A stretch of 64,000 bases of DNA, taken from assembly GCA_964388035.1 (NCBI GenBank), contig CAYLZE010000004.1:1-64000 (forward strand), written 5' to 3'. The notes beneath the pieces were generated by a model. That model was not told where the DNA came from, searched no databases, and saw only the letters and a program-made list of their open reading frames with translations. The translations under genes and the position numbers were made by a program. This document shows positions 31,843 through 42,764 of the stretch, piece by piece. This DNA comes from an uncultured archaeon (GTDB lineage: Archaea; Asgardarchaeota; Lokiarchaeia; Sigyniarchaeales; SOKP01). Every line of letters begins with the position of its first letter. Position 1 is the first letter of the stretch.

Positions 31843-32266
31843 TATTATTGAAAAGAACAAATCAAATACCTTTTTTTATATCCTATCATTTAAAACTTAA
31901 TTTGTGGTAATTCCTGTTTTAAATTGATATTTTAATTGTTCTCTTAATTCTTTTTTAGGTGTTCTATTTTCATCCTAAATGTATATCGATTAATCAAATT
32001 GCTTCTTAAAAATGGAGTAAATAACATAATGTTCTAAAAAGTATTTCTTGTTATTATTTGGTCTTAAGTGAAAAAGAACTCCTAATGAGAACCCAATAAT
32101 CTATTATTTATTGATTCTCTTTGTTTTTTACATAACTTTATTTAAAATTGAATGAAAAGAAGTTAATTTTGATCTATTAATCAAAAATCTTTAAATAATC
32201 TAAAACCTAAATTTGAATTTAGTTGTAATTTAATCAATATTTCTGAAATAAAATAAGGTTATAAAC

Positions 32267-33720
32267 ATGTTGGTTACTGATAAGGAATATAATGAAATTG
32301 AAGATATTCCCGAACCTTTTAAGATAAAAAAATGGAAAGATGTGTTTAAATTTCTCTTAGTCCTGGAATCATTGCCATGGGTTTAGGTCTCGGTACTGGA
32401 GAAATTGTATCAGGTCCTTTTTTAATTGTAAAAAATGGACCTTCCATTTTATGGATTGCTTTGCTTTCCATTCTGCTTCAGACCGTAACCTCCATTAGTG
32501 CTTCAAAATACACCATTCTTACCGGCGAACCATTTCAAATCGGAATTAATCGTTTATGGTTAAGTAATAAAGCTTGGACCGTCATTTGGATCTTGCTTGG
32601 AGGCGTGTCCGTGATGTTCCCTTATTACATGGCTCTGCTAGGAATGACCTTTGTGGCAATTATTATTCAAGGTGTACCTGGACTTGCACAGCAATCTCTT
32701 TGGGTTGTTTTTTCCTTAATATCCATAGGGATTACGATATTACCGTTATTTCTGGGAAAGAAAGTTATGAAAACGTTAGGATTAATGTTCTTTTTACTGC
32801 ATTTTCTTATTATTATCCCTCTTTTGATCATTCTTACCATAATTTTTGTGCCATCAAATGTGATTTGGGAAGTATTTTCGGGTTATTTTAGGTTTGGTTA
32901 TTTACCTGAAAATGCAGATTGGTTAGCCATGGGTGCTGTAGCTGGATTTGCAGGATTAGCTGCTTCTGCGGGAATGTCAATTTCTAACTATTACAGAGAT
33001 TCGGGATGGGGGATGTCTGAAAAGCTCGGTTATATCCCGGGCATGGTGGGTGGCAAGAAGGTAAAATTCGAAGTAAAAGGATACATGCCAAAAGTAAATG
33101 CAGAAAATAAAAAACGAGCCAAAAAGTGGTATAGGTACATTTTACTTGAACTCATTCCAATTTTTTTCGTTAGAAGTTTGGCAACGATGGTATTTCCTTG
33201 TGCATTATATTACTATTTTGTTCCGCAAGAAGCTGCAACAGAAGAAACTTTTGGATTTACCGCAGTTTTAGCCCAGAACATGACGGTCGTGTTGCCCTTT
33301 GCGTTTTGGATAATCATTTTCATGCTTTTTGTGATTTTTTGGGTTGATGGTACGGGTGTGGTTGATGGCGTGGTGCGCCAATTTGCCAACATTTTATGGA
33401 ACAGTTTTCCTAAATTGAGCGTTCGATTCAAAGGTGATATTAGAAAGTTATACTATGGTCTACTTTGTCTCTTTACAAGTATTTGGGTGCTTTTGATTCT
33501 AACGGGCACGCCCCCGGTGACCATGGTATTATATGCAGGATCCTTAGCAAATATAGGAGGGGTCATCTTTGCAATTGGTTTGCTGGCCGTAAATTATAAG
33601 TTTTTACCCAAAGAATATCGATTTTCCATGATAGAAGTAATTGTAACAATCGTTTCTATTCTATTTTTTGGATTTTTTTTAGTAAATGCACTATTAGCCA
33701 CGGTTGGAATAGTCTTTTAA
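32267..33720 (+). pseudogene. Nramp-like divalent metal transporter with a 1-nt frameshift near 32360
   Basis: The ATG 32267 frame (MLVTDKE...KDVFKFLL) joins PGIIAMGLGLGTGE only if one base is added (tta g[g]t cct gga restores LGPG); may be an assembly error. Confidence 0.75.
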
Positions 33721-33889
33721 ATTTATTCTCTTTTTTTTTATTCTATTGATTCTACCTATATTTTTATCGAAAATTGTTTTTAAGGTATAAAAGTATTAAG
33801 TCTGGCGTAATAATTTATTATTTTTATTAAAACATAGATTTAAATGAATTTATCATTATTTTAAGCTTAAAATAAAAGAGGCGATTATC

Positions 33890-34762
33890 ATACAAGAAAC
33901 AATCTTAATTACGGGAGCTACAGGTAACGTTGGAGGTGAAGTGTTTCGCGAATTAGAAGATAGAGGAGCAAATGTTAGAGGTGCCGTGAGAAATTTTGAT
34001 AAGGCAGATAAATTGAAATTGAACAGGGATCATTTAGTATACTTTGATTATTCAAAACCCGAAACCTTCGAGGAAGCTTTCAGAGATATAAGTAGGGTAC
34101 TATTTATTGCACCACCTGGAGATCCGAATGCATATTCGCTCATTGTACCTGCAATAGATCATGCTATTAATGCAAAAGTAGATCAAATAGTAGTATTATC
34201 TGTATATGGTGCAGATAGAAGCGATGAAATTCCTCTAAGAAAGATAGAAAAACACGTGGAAACTTCAAGGATCCCCTACACCTTTATTCGACCGAACTTC
34301 TTTATGCAAAATTTTACTACAGGATTTCTTGCGGAGTTCCTAAAAACAGGTTCGATAATTCTTCCCGCAGGAGATGGTAAAACAAGTTTTATTGATGTGA
34401 GGGATATTGGAGAAGTCATCACAACAGTATTGACTGAAAAAGGGCACGAAAATAAAATATATAACATAACAGGTCCAGAAGCTTTAGACCACTATGAAGT
34501 TGCTTCACTTCTATCTGAATATTTGGACAAAGATATCAAATATAACCCTATTTCTGAAGATGCCATGAGAAAGGCTCTAAAAGCGCGAGGAACTCCTGAT
34601 GCCAGCATTGATTTTATGATTGGCTTGTACATACCCGTAAAAAATGGAAAGGACAAAAAGATTACGAAAGATGTTAAAAGAGTAATTGGAAGGAAACCGC
34701 GAAATTTTGAACAATTTTTAGAGGATTATACGAAAGATAAAATTCCTGCTATTGCTGCATGA
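33890..34762 (+). CDS. NmrA-like/atypical SDR NAD(P)-binding protein, probable ATA start
   Basis: Rossmann motif ILITGATGNVG lies upstream of the ORF-track GTG; there is no ATG/GTG/TTG between the in-frame TGA at 33845 and 33941; RPNFFMQN, IDVRDIG. Confidence 0.88.
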   Translation: MQETILITGATGNVGGEVFRELEDRGANVRGAVRNFDKADKLKLNRDHLVYFDYSKPETFEEAFRDISRVLFIAPPGDPNAYSLIVPAIDHAINAKVDQIVVLSVYGADRSDEIPLRKIEKHVETSRIPYTFIRPNFFMQNFTTGFLAEFLKTGSIILPAGDGKTSFIDVRDIGEVITTVLTEKGHENKIYNITGPEALDHYEVASLLSEYLDKDIKYNPISEDAMRKALKARGTPDASIDFMIGLYIPVKNGKDKKITKDVKRVIGRKPRNFEQFLEDYTKDKIPAIAA

Positions 34763-35120
34763 TCCGACAAGATCCTTCAATTTCTTTTCTTTTTTTTTTT
34801 AATTTTGTAGGCGTGAATAGTAATACTACTTTTTACATTTGCTTTAAAAGTAATTAGAATTTAATTAATACATTAGTTAGGATCCCTAATGTTTCTAACT
34901 GGTTTTTTTACGAATTCCAAAGATGAGAATGGTTCCCCCTGAGGGCATTTTTCTAAAGGAAAATTGAAGTTTATTTCAATTCAAATTGAGATACTTCAAT
35001 AATAAGAGTTCCAAACTACATATTATTTTTTTTATTAATGAAATCAAAACTTAGCCATTTAAAATTAGGTTTTTCCCAATTTTTTTATTGCTTTCCATGT
35101 TTCAAGATTTTGTATGCATT

Positions 35121-36530
35121 ATGTCTGAATCTTCTATGAAAAGTGGAATGTTAAACGTATTTAAATCCTATTTTCCAATTTATTTGTTATCTGGATTATT
35201 TTCTCTCGCATTTAGTGGTATCTATATAATAGTTGTCCCCCTTTCCGACTTATTTTGGCCTGGTGAGCCCTACCATGCCCTAGAAATGGGCATCCTCATT
35301 ACCACCATGTTTTGGATCATTTCCTTTGCAGGAATCTTCTTCGGACGGTTAATTGACCAATATAGTCGCACGAATATCTTATTTCTCATTTCAGTAATGC
35401 GGGGGAGTAGTTTCATAATGCTAAGCTTTACTGAAGTGGGACTTGGAATGGAATCTTGGTGGTATTTTTTCGTATTTGTTCTTATCATAGGTTTTTCAGC
35501 AGGAGGGAATTTTCCTACAGTCGTATCTCTTTCTCATGATTTAGTTCCTGAAAATCAAAGATCTCTATTTTTTGGAATTCATAAAATTGCGAGAACTTCC
35601 TTCCAATTGCTAGGATTTCTCTTAACAGGATTGTTAATTTTCTTAAATTTATGGCGTCTTTTTTTTAGTGGAATTGGAATCATGATTCTCATATCTGGTC
35701 TTTTGATGAAATTAAGCATAAAAGAACCAAAAAGGGGAGCCCAAAGGGAAGAATTATCGCCAGTATTAGAACAAAGTGCAGTTACTTACGATTATCAATT
35801 GGATAAGAAAATGATGATAAAAACCATGTTTACCAAAACAAATTTGGTAGCTCTCATTGAAGGAATTTTTACAAGTGTCTATATGGGAAGCTTGACCATT
35901 CTTTTTCTCCCCTACATTCAAACAGATCCCCATAATATTTCCCCTTTAGCCACGGGAATTTTCCTTGCACTCTTTGGCTTAACGGGAGGGGTGTTTATTG
36001 AATTATTTCTAGCTAGGTTATCGGATAAAGTTGCAGAGAAAAAAAGAGAAAGTCGACTATATTTGATAATTCTTTCTTTAGCCGGAGGAGCAGGCACATT
36101 TATTCTTTTGTTTTTTATTCCTCTCCCCTCCTTATCCATAGAACAAGGTAATGATGTTTTATATGTGTTTTCCTTTCCGGTGATTTGGTTAATGGGAACT
36201 GTGTACGTGTTAACATCTTCGGTATCAGCTTTATATGATATTAACCAACCGCCCATACTACAAGAGATAAATTTACCAGAAGCTCAAGGGCAAATCGTGG
36301 CATTAAATCGACTATTAGAAAGTATAGGATTTGGTTCTGGCCCTTTAATCGCAGGATTATTGATTTTACTCACGGGAGAAAATTATCAATTTGTTGCATT
36401 AATGATAGGGTTATTCTCCATTCCAGGAACTATATTGTGGATCTTAGGTTTCAAATGGTACCACAAGGATCGAAATTCTATAAATAGAATTCTCATGGAA
36501 AGAGCAGAAACGCTTGAAAAGGAAAAATAA
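35121..36530 (+). CDS. MFS transporter
   Basis: GRLIDQYSR motif A, about 12 TMs, EPKRGAQ, EINLPEAQG; start uncertain (35088-35137). Confidence 0.85.
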   Translation: MSESSMKSGMLNVFKSYFPIYLLSGLFSLAFSGIYIIVVPLSDLFWPGEPYHALEMGILITTMFWIISFAGIFFGRLIDQYSRTNILFLISVMRGSSFIMLSFTEVGLGMESWWYFFVFVLIIGFSAGGNFPTVVSLSHDLVPENQRSLFFGIHKIARTSFQLLGFLLTGLLIFLNLWRLFFSGIGIMILISGLLMKLSIKEPKRGAQREELSPVLEQSAVTYDYQLDKKMMIKTMFTKTNLVALIEGIFTSVYMGSLTILFLPYIQTDPHNISPLATGIFLALFGLTGGVFIELFLARLSDKVAEKKRESRLYLIILSLAGGAGTFILLFFIPLPSLSIEQGNDVLYVFSFPVIWLMGTVYVLTSSVSALYDINQPPILQEINLPEAQGQIVALNRLLESIGFGSGPLIAGLLILLTGENYQFVALMIGLFSIPGTILWILGFKWYHKDRNSINRILMERAETLEKEK

Positions 36531-36550
36531 AATTAGAAATAAATTCGTAT

Positions 36551-37696
36551 TTAACTATTATAAGATCCGACGATTTTAGATATCATTTCAACCTTCTGAA
36601 TATCTCCATTAGGACTTAATTCATCTGAAATTCCTAAAATCAAGTTGGGAGAAAATAAATCCAATACTTTTCGAGCAAATTTAGCCACGTATTCATAACT
36701 ATATTCGGGCAAAAATAAAATAGAGGGGATACCGTCTAATAACACTTTATCTCCTATTGCTTCTTTTATTTCTTCTAAAGAAACATCCCCTTGAGGTTCT
36801 GGTGTCAGAGCTTCATATCCATCAAATTGTAAATCTGAAAGAAAGGATAATAATTTCTTGCATGATCCATCGATATGAATATGGCAATATTTTCCTGCCT
36901 TTTTTAATTGATTAATCCTTTTTTCATAATAGGGAATTAGATATTTTTTAAAATATGGAGGACTACTCAAGTTTGCATCAATATTTTCCCCAAAATTAAC
37001 AATCTGAAGCGGAGATTTCGTGACTGCTTCATACATGGCATCATCCTTGTTTTCTAGATACTGCATAAATTCTAACGTCTCTTGCGGATAACGTTTGAGG
37101 AAAAGAATGGTTCTTGTAAAACCCATATATTCCAGAACCAATTTTTGATAAGGAGAATGTGATAGATAGGTACTCACAACTCCTAGATTTCCAAATAACT
37201 TTTCTGCTTCTAGAAAATTATTCTCTACGAAGCTAATTTTAGTATTTTCCAAGATATATTTCATTATTTTCATATCATCTATTGACTTGATAGGATATTC
37301 TGTGGGATGCGCTCCCAAACCTCCTCCAATTGAATTAGTTTCGGTTAAAATTCCTAATGGTGTAATATATTTCTTAGTGTATTCATCTTTTTTTTTCCCT
37401 TTCATTGATTTGATTTCAATCTTTGAATCAGGGTCTATTTTTCTTTCTAACAAGTCAAAATAGACCGTTTCTTCACTATATCGTGGGCTGCAATTTAAAA
37501 GACGGTATATTTCTATTTGTGACTTTTTAAAATATTTTTCCGGAATATTCTTATTATTCCTTCGATTGTATTTTTTGTATAGTCGATTTCCCAAATACCA
37601 ATAATAAATTCGTGGGCTGAATGGGATTCGCCCTTTTAATTTTCCAGAAAATGTGTTTAAAATATCGCTTTTAAAATCTAGGTTAGCGATTTTCAA
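36551..37696 (-). CDS. Uroporphyrinogen decarboxylase / MtaA-CmuA methyltransferase family protein
   Basis: NFGENID, SPPYFKKYLIPYY, HIHIDG, ALTPEPQGDVSLEE, LILGISDE. Confidence 0.82.
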   Translation of the reverse strand: MKIANLDFKSDILNTFSGKLKGRIPFSPRIYYWYLGNRLYKKYNRRNNKNIPEKYFKKSQIEIYRLLNCSPRYSEETVYFDLLERKIDPDSKIEIKSMKGKKKDEYTKKYITPLGILTETNSIGGGLGAHPTEYPIKSIDDMKIMKYILENTKISFVENNFLEAEKLFGNLGVVSTYLSHSPYQKLVLEYMGFTRTILFLKRYPQETLEFMQYLENKDDAMYEAVTKSPLQIVNFGENIDANLSSPPYFKKYLIPYYEKRINQLKKAGKYCHIHIDGSCKKLLSFLSDLQFDGYEALTPEPQGDVSLEEIKEAIGDKVLLDGIPSILFLPEYSYEYVAKFARKVLDLFSPNLILGISDELSPNGDIQKVEMISKIVGSYNS

Positions 37697-38916
37697 TCAC
37701 CCCAATTTTTTATTAAATAAATAATTAAAGCAATTCCTAACAAGTTTAACACGAATACTAAGATGTAAAGAACCAGAATTCCAATAAGGACGTAAAAGAT
37801 GCCCACCATCGCATATCCGAAAAATCTTAGACTATTAATGATCGCAGAATTTGTTCCACTGGCTTCTTGACTGATGTCCATGGCTTGTTTAAATAAAGCG
37901 GGCCAAATGAAACTAGACCCAACATATATGATTCCAGATAATAATATATAATGATAAAGGGATGTTCCATACGGCAAGAATAGAATAGATAGCATCATTA
38001 CAAATCCCACGATCATAATTTTCAAGGGAGCGACTCTTTTCAATAAATTTCCAATGATAGGAGATAAAACTATGGAGATAAACCCATTTACCATTAAGAT
38101 AAGTGTGACGGAACTAATAACTTCCTGAACGGTGAGTGCCGGAATTGAGATTGCAATTTGTTCTGTTATGGTGTTGGTTAAGGAAATGATGCTAAAAAAA
38201 GTAAAAAAACCTGCAAGACCTAAAATAAGGATATTCTTATTAAGATTGTCGCTTAATTGACGCATCGATGCACGAAATGCGTGTAATATTTTATTTTCAT
38301 TACCGGATTTTTTTTCAGAAAGAATGGGAGTGCAAATATTAAACTCACACTCTTTTGTCGCGATTAAAAAGAAAATTAACGCCACTACCGTTACAATAGG
38401 ATTAAAAATGAAAATTAATCTCCACTCTCCGATGAGATTTGCGAAAAAACCAGAAAGTAGGGCACCAAAACTTACTCCAATTCCCGCTGATGAATTATAT
38501 AACCCCATTATGAATCCCTTCTTCGGTTCAGGGGTAATGATATTAAGTATTGCTAAAACCGTTGGATTAATCATGGCGAAGCCAATTCCTTGAAGTAAAA
38601 ATCCAATTATAAACAATGAGAAGTTAGTAATATATACTGCGCTTAAAGATAACAATAGACCAATTAGAAAGCAAATAAATCCCGTGTTCACTACTTTCTT
38701 TTTATTAATGATATCTGAAATCGTTCCCGCAAATAATTGTAATATGGCAAAAGGAATGATGTAAAAAGTAATAACAAGTGCCACGAGGGACACTTCGCTA
38801 AGAAGAAAATTAGCTTTGAGCACATCAAAAATAGGCACCAGTGCATTGGTAGTTAAAGGACCCAAAATGGTGGAAAATAATATAAGATAATACTTCCTTT
38901 CGAATTCTTCTGCCAT
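37693..38916 (-). CDS. MFS transporter
   Basis: GTISDIINKK, about 12 TMs; ATGA overlap with the downstream gene. Confidence 0.87.
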   Translation of the reverse strand: MAEEFERKYYLILFSTILGPLTTNALVPIFDVLKANFLLSEVSLVALVITFYIIPFAILQLFAGTISDIINKKKVVNTGFICFLIGLLLSLSAVYITNFSLFIIGFLLQGIGFAMINPTVLAILNIITPEPKKGFIMGLYNSSAGIGVSFGALLSGFFANLIGEWRLIFIFNPIVTVVALIFFLIATKECEFNICTPILSEKKSGNENKILHAFRASMRQLSDNLNKNILILGLAGFFTFFSIISLTNTITEQIAISIPALTVQEVISSVTLILMVNGFISIVLSPIIGNLLKRVAPLKIMIVGFVMMLSILFLPYGTSLYHYILLSGIIYVGSSFIWPALFKQAMDISQEASGTNSAIINSLRFFGYAMVGIFYVLIGILVLYILVFVLNLLGIALIIYLIKNWGD

Positions 38917-39062
38917 AGATTATATGAGGACAGATTCTACTTAATTTTTATTATCATGAATTATTCGTGTTCTAAAACGATGGTAAACCTACGCATGGAG
39001 GAAAAGTTAGTTTACCTTTTTATGAACAATAAAGAAAGGAAAGGAATATTTAAAAAAATCTT

Positions 39063-39368
39063 TTAAATTTTCAAGGTTCTTAGTTTTCGAGAAAGATCTT
39101 TACGTTTCATTATCTTGAGAAAATCATCTTCCATGTGCTCTAATTTATGGAGATATGCATCTAATTTATCAAAATTATTGAAAAATCTATTTTCTCCATT
39201 TGCTACAATTAATACGCCTTTTTTATCCGGTGTATTATTAATAATGGCGTAAATTCCTCCGATTCCCGAACTATGTTTCATGTAAACTTTTTGTGAATTT
39301 GGGTCTTTTTCATTCCCTTTTTTTGCCCAAAAATTATTCTTCAATAAATAACTCCTGTACATGCTCAT
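39063..39368 (-). CDS. Hypothetical protein (101 aa)
   Basis: ORF with normal composition; no family recognised. Confidence 0.55.
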   Translation of the reverse strand: MSMYRSYLLKNNFWAKKGNEKDPNSQKVYMKHSSGIGGIYAIINNTPDKKGVLIVANGENRFFNNFDKLDAYLHKLEHMEDDFLKIMKRKDLSRKLRTLKI

Positions 39369-39408
39369 TTTCCAACACGACCATTTTTTAATTCAAATGT
39401 ATTTTGCT

Positions 39409-39695
39409 CGGGGTACCATGGTATAGCTTTTATGTACCCCGTAATAAGATCTATGTAATATGATCAATTGTTCCGTTATAGAACCATGTAATACTTGGAT
39501 CATATCATGCTCCCATGATATTCGATCCTTTATAGCATGTCTCTAACTATTTGATAACAAACGACCTTATCAAGATCATATATCTTCAAGGTCCTTTATA
39601 AATAACCAAGTAAAATCAATTGTACTATCTACTTTAATGGCAATTGCTGGGGTCAATTTCGATTGCAATTTTTTCCTTTCTCCCAGGGGGAAAAA
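39409..39695. ncRNA. Candidate structured RNA / regulatory leader (several hairpins)
   Basis: Hairpins at 39409-39441, 39497-39528, 39563-39593 and 39670-39695; long-range TACTTGG/CCAAGTA pair; no family identified. Confidence 0.35.
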
Positions 39696-39840
39696 TATCT
39701 TCAAAAACCTCCTTTATTTTAAATATCTTTAATAAATGAAATTAATTTTAAGAATAATAACTAAAAAAGGTTTGAATTTATCAATAAACTTTAAATATTT
39801 AATATCTTGAGTAAAAAGGATTAAGAAAATAACTAATTAA

Positions 39841-40362
39841 TCAAAATTCTTTAGCAAAATCCCATACATCATCTTTTGAAATGGTATGTAAATTTTTAAT
39901 TACTTTACCTGAATCCATTTCTTGCATTTTTTTTGCGTCATAAATAGCTCTCCCTACTGCTAACGGTCTCCTGTGTTCAATATCGACAATTTGTACAATA
40001 TCCCCTTCTTTAATAGCGGGATCAATCTCGACGATTCCCGGTCTCATAATGTCTGCTTTATTTAAAGTCACGAATTTTACTGCTCCCATATCTACAACCA
40101 CGGTCTTTAATGCAATTCTCTTATCTAACAATAATGTAAGAACGGGAATGTATCCTTGAGTCGATTTCCATAGTACCAATTCTTCATTAACCGCATAGAG
40201 CGTGTCCCCCGCTTCAGTAAGAATAAGTTCTATTTTTGCTTTTCTCGGAAAGACACTAGCTAAAAATTGCTCATTATACTGCTTCAGAACGTCTTGCTTA
40301 AGCTGTTTGATCTCTGATTTAGATATGAAGTGTCTTTGCTTAATATTATTTTTAATATCCAT
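39841..40362 (-). CDS. PUA-domain RNA-binding protein (DUF1947+PUA, MCT-1/Tma20-like)
   Basis: QRHFISKSEIK, VVVDMGAVKFV..ADIMRPGI, PLAVGRA, GKVIKNLH..DDVW. Confidence 0.9.
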   Translation of the reverse strand: MDIKNNIKQRHFISKSEIKQLKQDVLKQYNEQFLASVFPRKAKIELILTEAGDTLYAVNEELVLWKSTQGYIPVLTLLLDKRIALKTVVVDMGAVKFVTLNKADIMRPGIVEIDPAIKEGDIVQIVDIEHRRPLAVGRAIYDAKKMQEMDSGKVIKNLHTISKDDVWDFAKEF

Positions 40363-40467
40363 AAAAATCCTTCAATAATAGATAGAATGGAGATCATTTA
40401 AAAACCTTACTCCCATGGAAAAGAAGAATTAAGAATTAGATTTTTTTGAAAAATTATGTGAATTTTT

Positions 40468-40677
40468 TTATTGAGATAAATACAAATTTAACTGGGACAA
40501 TTCCTTATTCATTTGTTCTTTAATCGAGGTAAGGTCATAATTTGTGATTACAATATTAACAGAATTAGCTTGAATGGAACTAACATTATCTGAAACATTC
40601 CTTATAATATCCAAAAACTCATAATAATCCATGCTTTTTTTTTCTGCTTTACTCATGTTTTTTACCATCTCCTTCAA
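40468..40677 (-). CDS. Small hypothetical protein
   Basis: Short ORF; GGAGATGG SD-like motif before an internal ATG (MSKAEKK). Confidence 0.45.
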   Translation of the reverse strand: MKEMVKNMSKAEKKSMDYYEFLDIIRNVSDNVSSIQANSVNIVITNYDLTSIKEQMNKELSQLNLYLSQ

Positions 40678-40967
40678 GATAATTTTTTATTCTCTATTAT
40701 TAAACCAAACTAAATCCTAATTAAAATATCTGGGAACCAATTTTTATAAAATTTCTATTAAATCAAAATAAATTTTTGTTATTGCTTAGCATGAAGAAAG
40801 AGGTATCAATACCTCTAATGTTAATTTAATTAAAAGATTTGATTAAGGATTTGATTTTAAGAAAGTTGAATTATCTATAATGAATAGATTCATTAACCAA
40901 AAGAACATTCCCAATATCAAGCGCATTCAAGAAAAAATATAAAAAAAAAGGAATTTCCTCGTACTTT

Positions 40968-41892
40968 TTATAAAGTCGAGAAAATTCCAACTATAATTAA
41001 AATATCTGTCCCAGCATGAAAAAGTATGGCACCAATGAGACTATCTGTTTTTTGTATGAAAATGCCATATAAAAGCCCCCAATAAAAATGTGATTATTAG
41101 AAATAAAACGTCTTCTGATGTATACTCTACTCCAAAATGCATCAAGGAATAAATTAAAGCCGTTAGTAATATGGAACCATATATTCCAACATGAGTCTTA
41201 AATTCCTTGAAATAAAGACCTCTGTATAAAATCTCTTCTAGTAAACCGTTAGAAAGAACAAACATCAAAATCCAAGGAAGCCATAATAAAACCTTTTCCC
41301 AAGTTAATTTTGTTCCATAAAATAAGAGCTCAGCACCAATTATAGAAAAGAGAAAGAAACAAATGAAACCTGTTAATCCGATAAGTAAGCCTAGTTTTAA
41401 ATTTCCTTTTTTTAGGTAAATTGATTCCAAATTTCTCCCTGATACTAAGATTAAAATGATAATAGGGACAACCATAATAAGAGACTCTAATAATTTACTA
41501 AGTGCAAAGCCCTCAATTGTGGTTGGTAAAGAGAAGAAACGAAAAGCTAACCAAACTAGGAAAAAAGAGAATGATCCAATGAAAAACGTGAACATGACCC
41601 TCCAGTATTTATTGTATCGTTCATGGTGATACAACAATGCAGTAATTATTAGAAAAACGAAGGGAATACTTATTTTATATATCACCTTACTGGTTTCGGG
41701 AAGTTTAATATCGCCCCATTGAAAAGGTCCTACAGCTATTAGGCCACAAATTAAAAAGATAATTGATAATCCAACGAGAGAAATCGGTACCTTATGGATT
41801 GGCTCTTCAGTCGCGCCTTCACTATGATATTGGCTTAGAAGTGCCGATTCATTGCTTTCTTCTTCTTTATTATTTTTTTTATTCATGATCAT
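40968..41892 (-). pseudogene. CPBP (CAAX/Rce1/Abi) intramembrane metalloprotease with a +1 frameshift in a G5 run (41076-41080)
   Basis: EEILYRG, YSLMH; removing one G restores LLGLLYGIFIQKTDSLIGAILFHAGTD (motif 4 His) ending in TAA at 40968. Confidence 0.8.
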
Positions 41893-42426
41893 AGCCTCTT
41901 CGATTTTACTAAATAAATACTAAGATTAAGTATTTTTTTATGGGAAATATAATTTGCGAATCATGGTTTTTTTCAATCATGAGGTATTAAAATATGCTTA
42001 TTGAATTATCTTGGCTTTAAATTATTGTTTTTGTGATTTTTAAGTCATAACTTTCCATTTTCTAATCCATACATTCTCCTAAAAAAATATTTTTTGAAAA
42101 AAACTACAAGCTGGAATATCATTTGTTTTTTTAACAGTATAATATATAGATAAATATCGCTGCACGCGAAATGAGTATTTCACGTCCTATTTTTCATTTT
42201 CCCATAAAAATGATTCTTAAAAAGTGAATTAGCAAGGTACTCTCTCTTCATCTTTTAATTGTCTGTAATCAAAAAAGTATAATAATAACTCTATATTGTT
42301 AATAATCGTTACTTATTTTCACTATAATCCTTATAAGTCACATCATTTCCCAAATATATCTCAATAAATTAGGTGATCCTAATATTTAAATGTAATCAAG
42401 AATATACATTGATTGATCATATTTAT

Positions 42427-42458
42427 ATGATTAATATGAATTACATGAAAAAAATGAA
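42427..42458 (+). promoter_or_regulatory. ATGA 9-bp-period repeat array, candidate AbrB-family operator (copy 1)
   Basis: ATGA at 42427, 42436, 42445 and 42454, directly before the AbrB gene; 28/32 identical to 44306-44337. Confidence 0.6.
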
Positions 42459-42463
42459 GATAT

Positions 42464-42760
42464 ATGAATAACAATAATTTCAATGAAAAAATAAAAAAAA
42501 AGAGTTCCAAGAAGCCTCCTAAAGGAAAGTATTTTTTCGGGTCGGTAAAAGTAGGAGAAAGGGGACAAATTGTAATTCCTATTAGAGCACGGAAGATATT
42601 TGAAATTAATCCGGGCGATCAGCTTCTGGTTCTTGGAGAAAAAAGAAAAGGATTAGGATTAATCAAAGCATCACGCTTAACGAGATGGTTGAGCAAGATG
42701 ATGCCGGATTTTGATTTGGAAGAAAATGATTCAGAATCTGATTTAAAAGAGGTGTCTTAA
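42464..42760 (+). CDS. AbrB/MazE/SpoVT-family DNA-binding protein
   Basis: FGSVKVGERGQIVIPIRARKIFEINPGDQLLV. Confidence 0.92.
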   Translation: MNNNNFNEKIKKKSSKKPPKGKYFFGSVKVGERGQIVIPIRARKIFEINPGDQLLVLGEKRKGLGLIKASRLTRWLSKMMPDFDLEENDSESDLKEVS

Positions 42761-42764
42761 AGAA

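Noticed and set aside
39409-39695. RNase P RNA, SRP RNA or tRNA identity for the hairpin cluster
   Set aside because: Conserved signatures (GAGGAAAGUCC, SRP helix 8, T-loop GTTCRA in a cloverleaf) were not found
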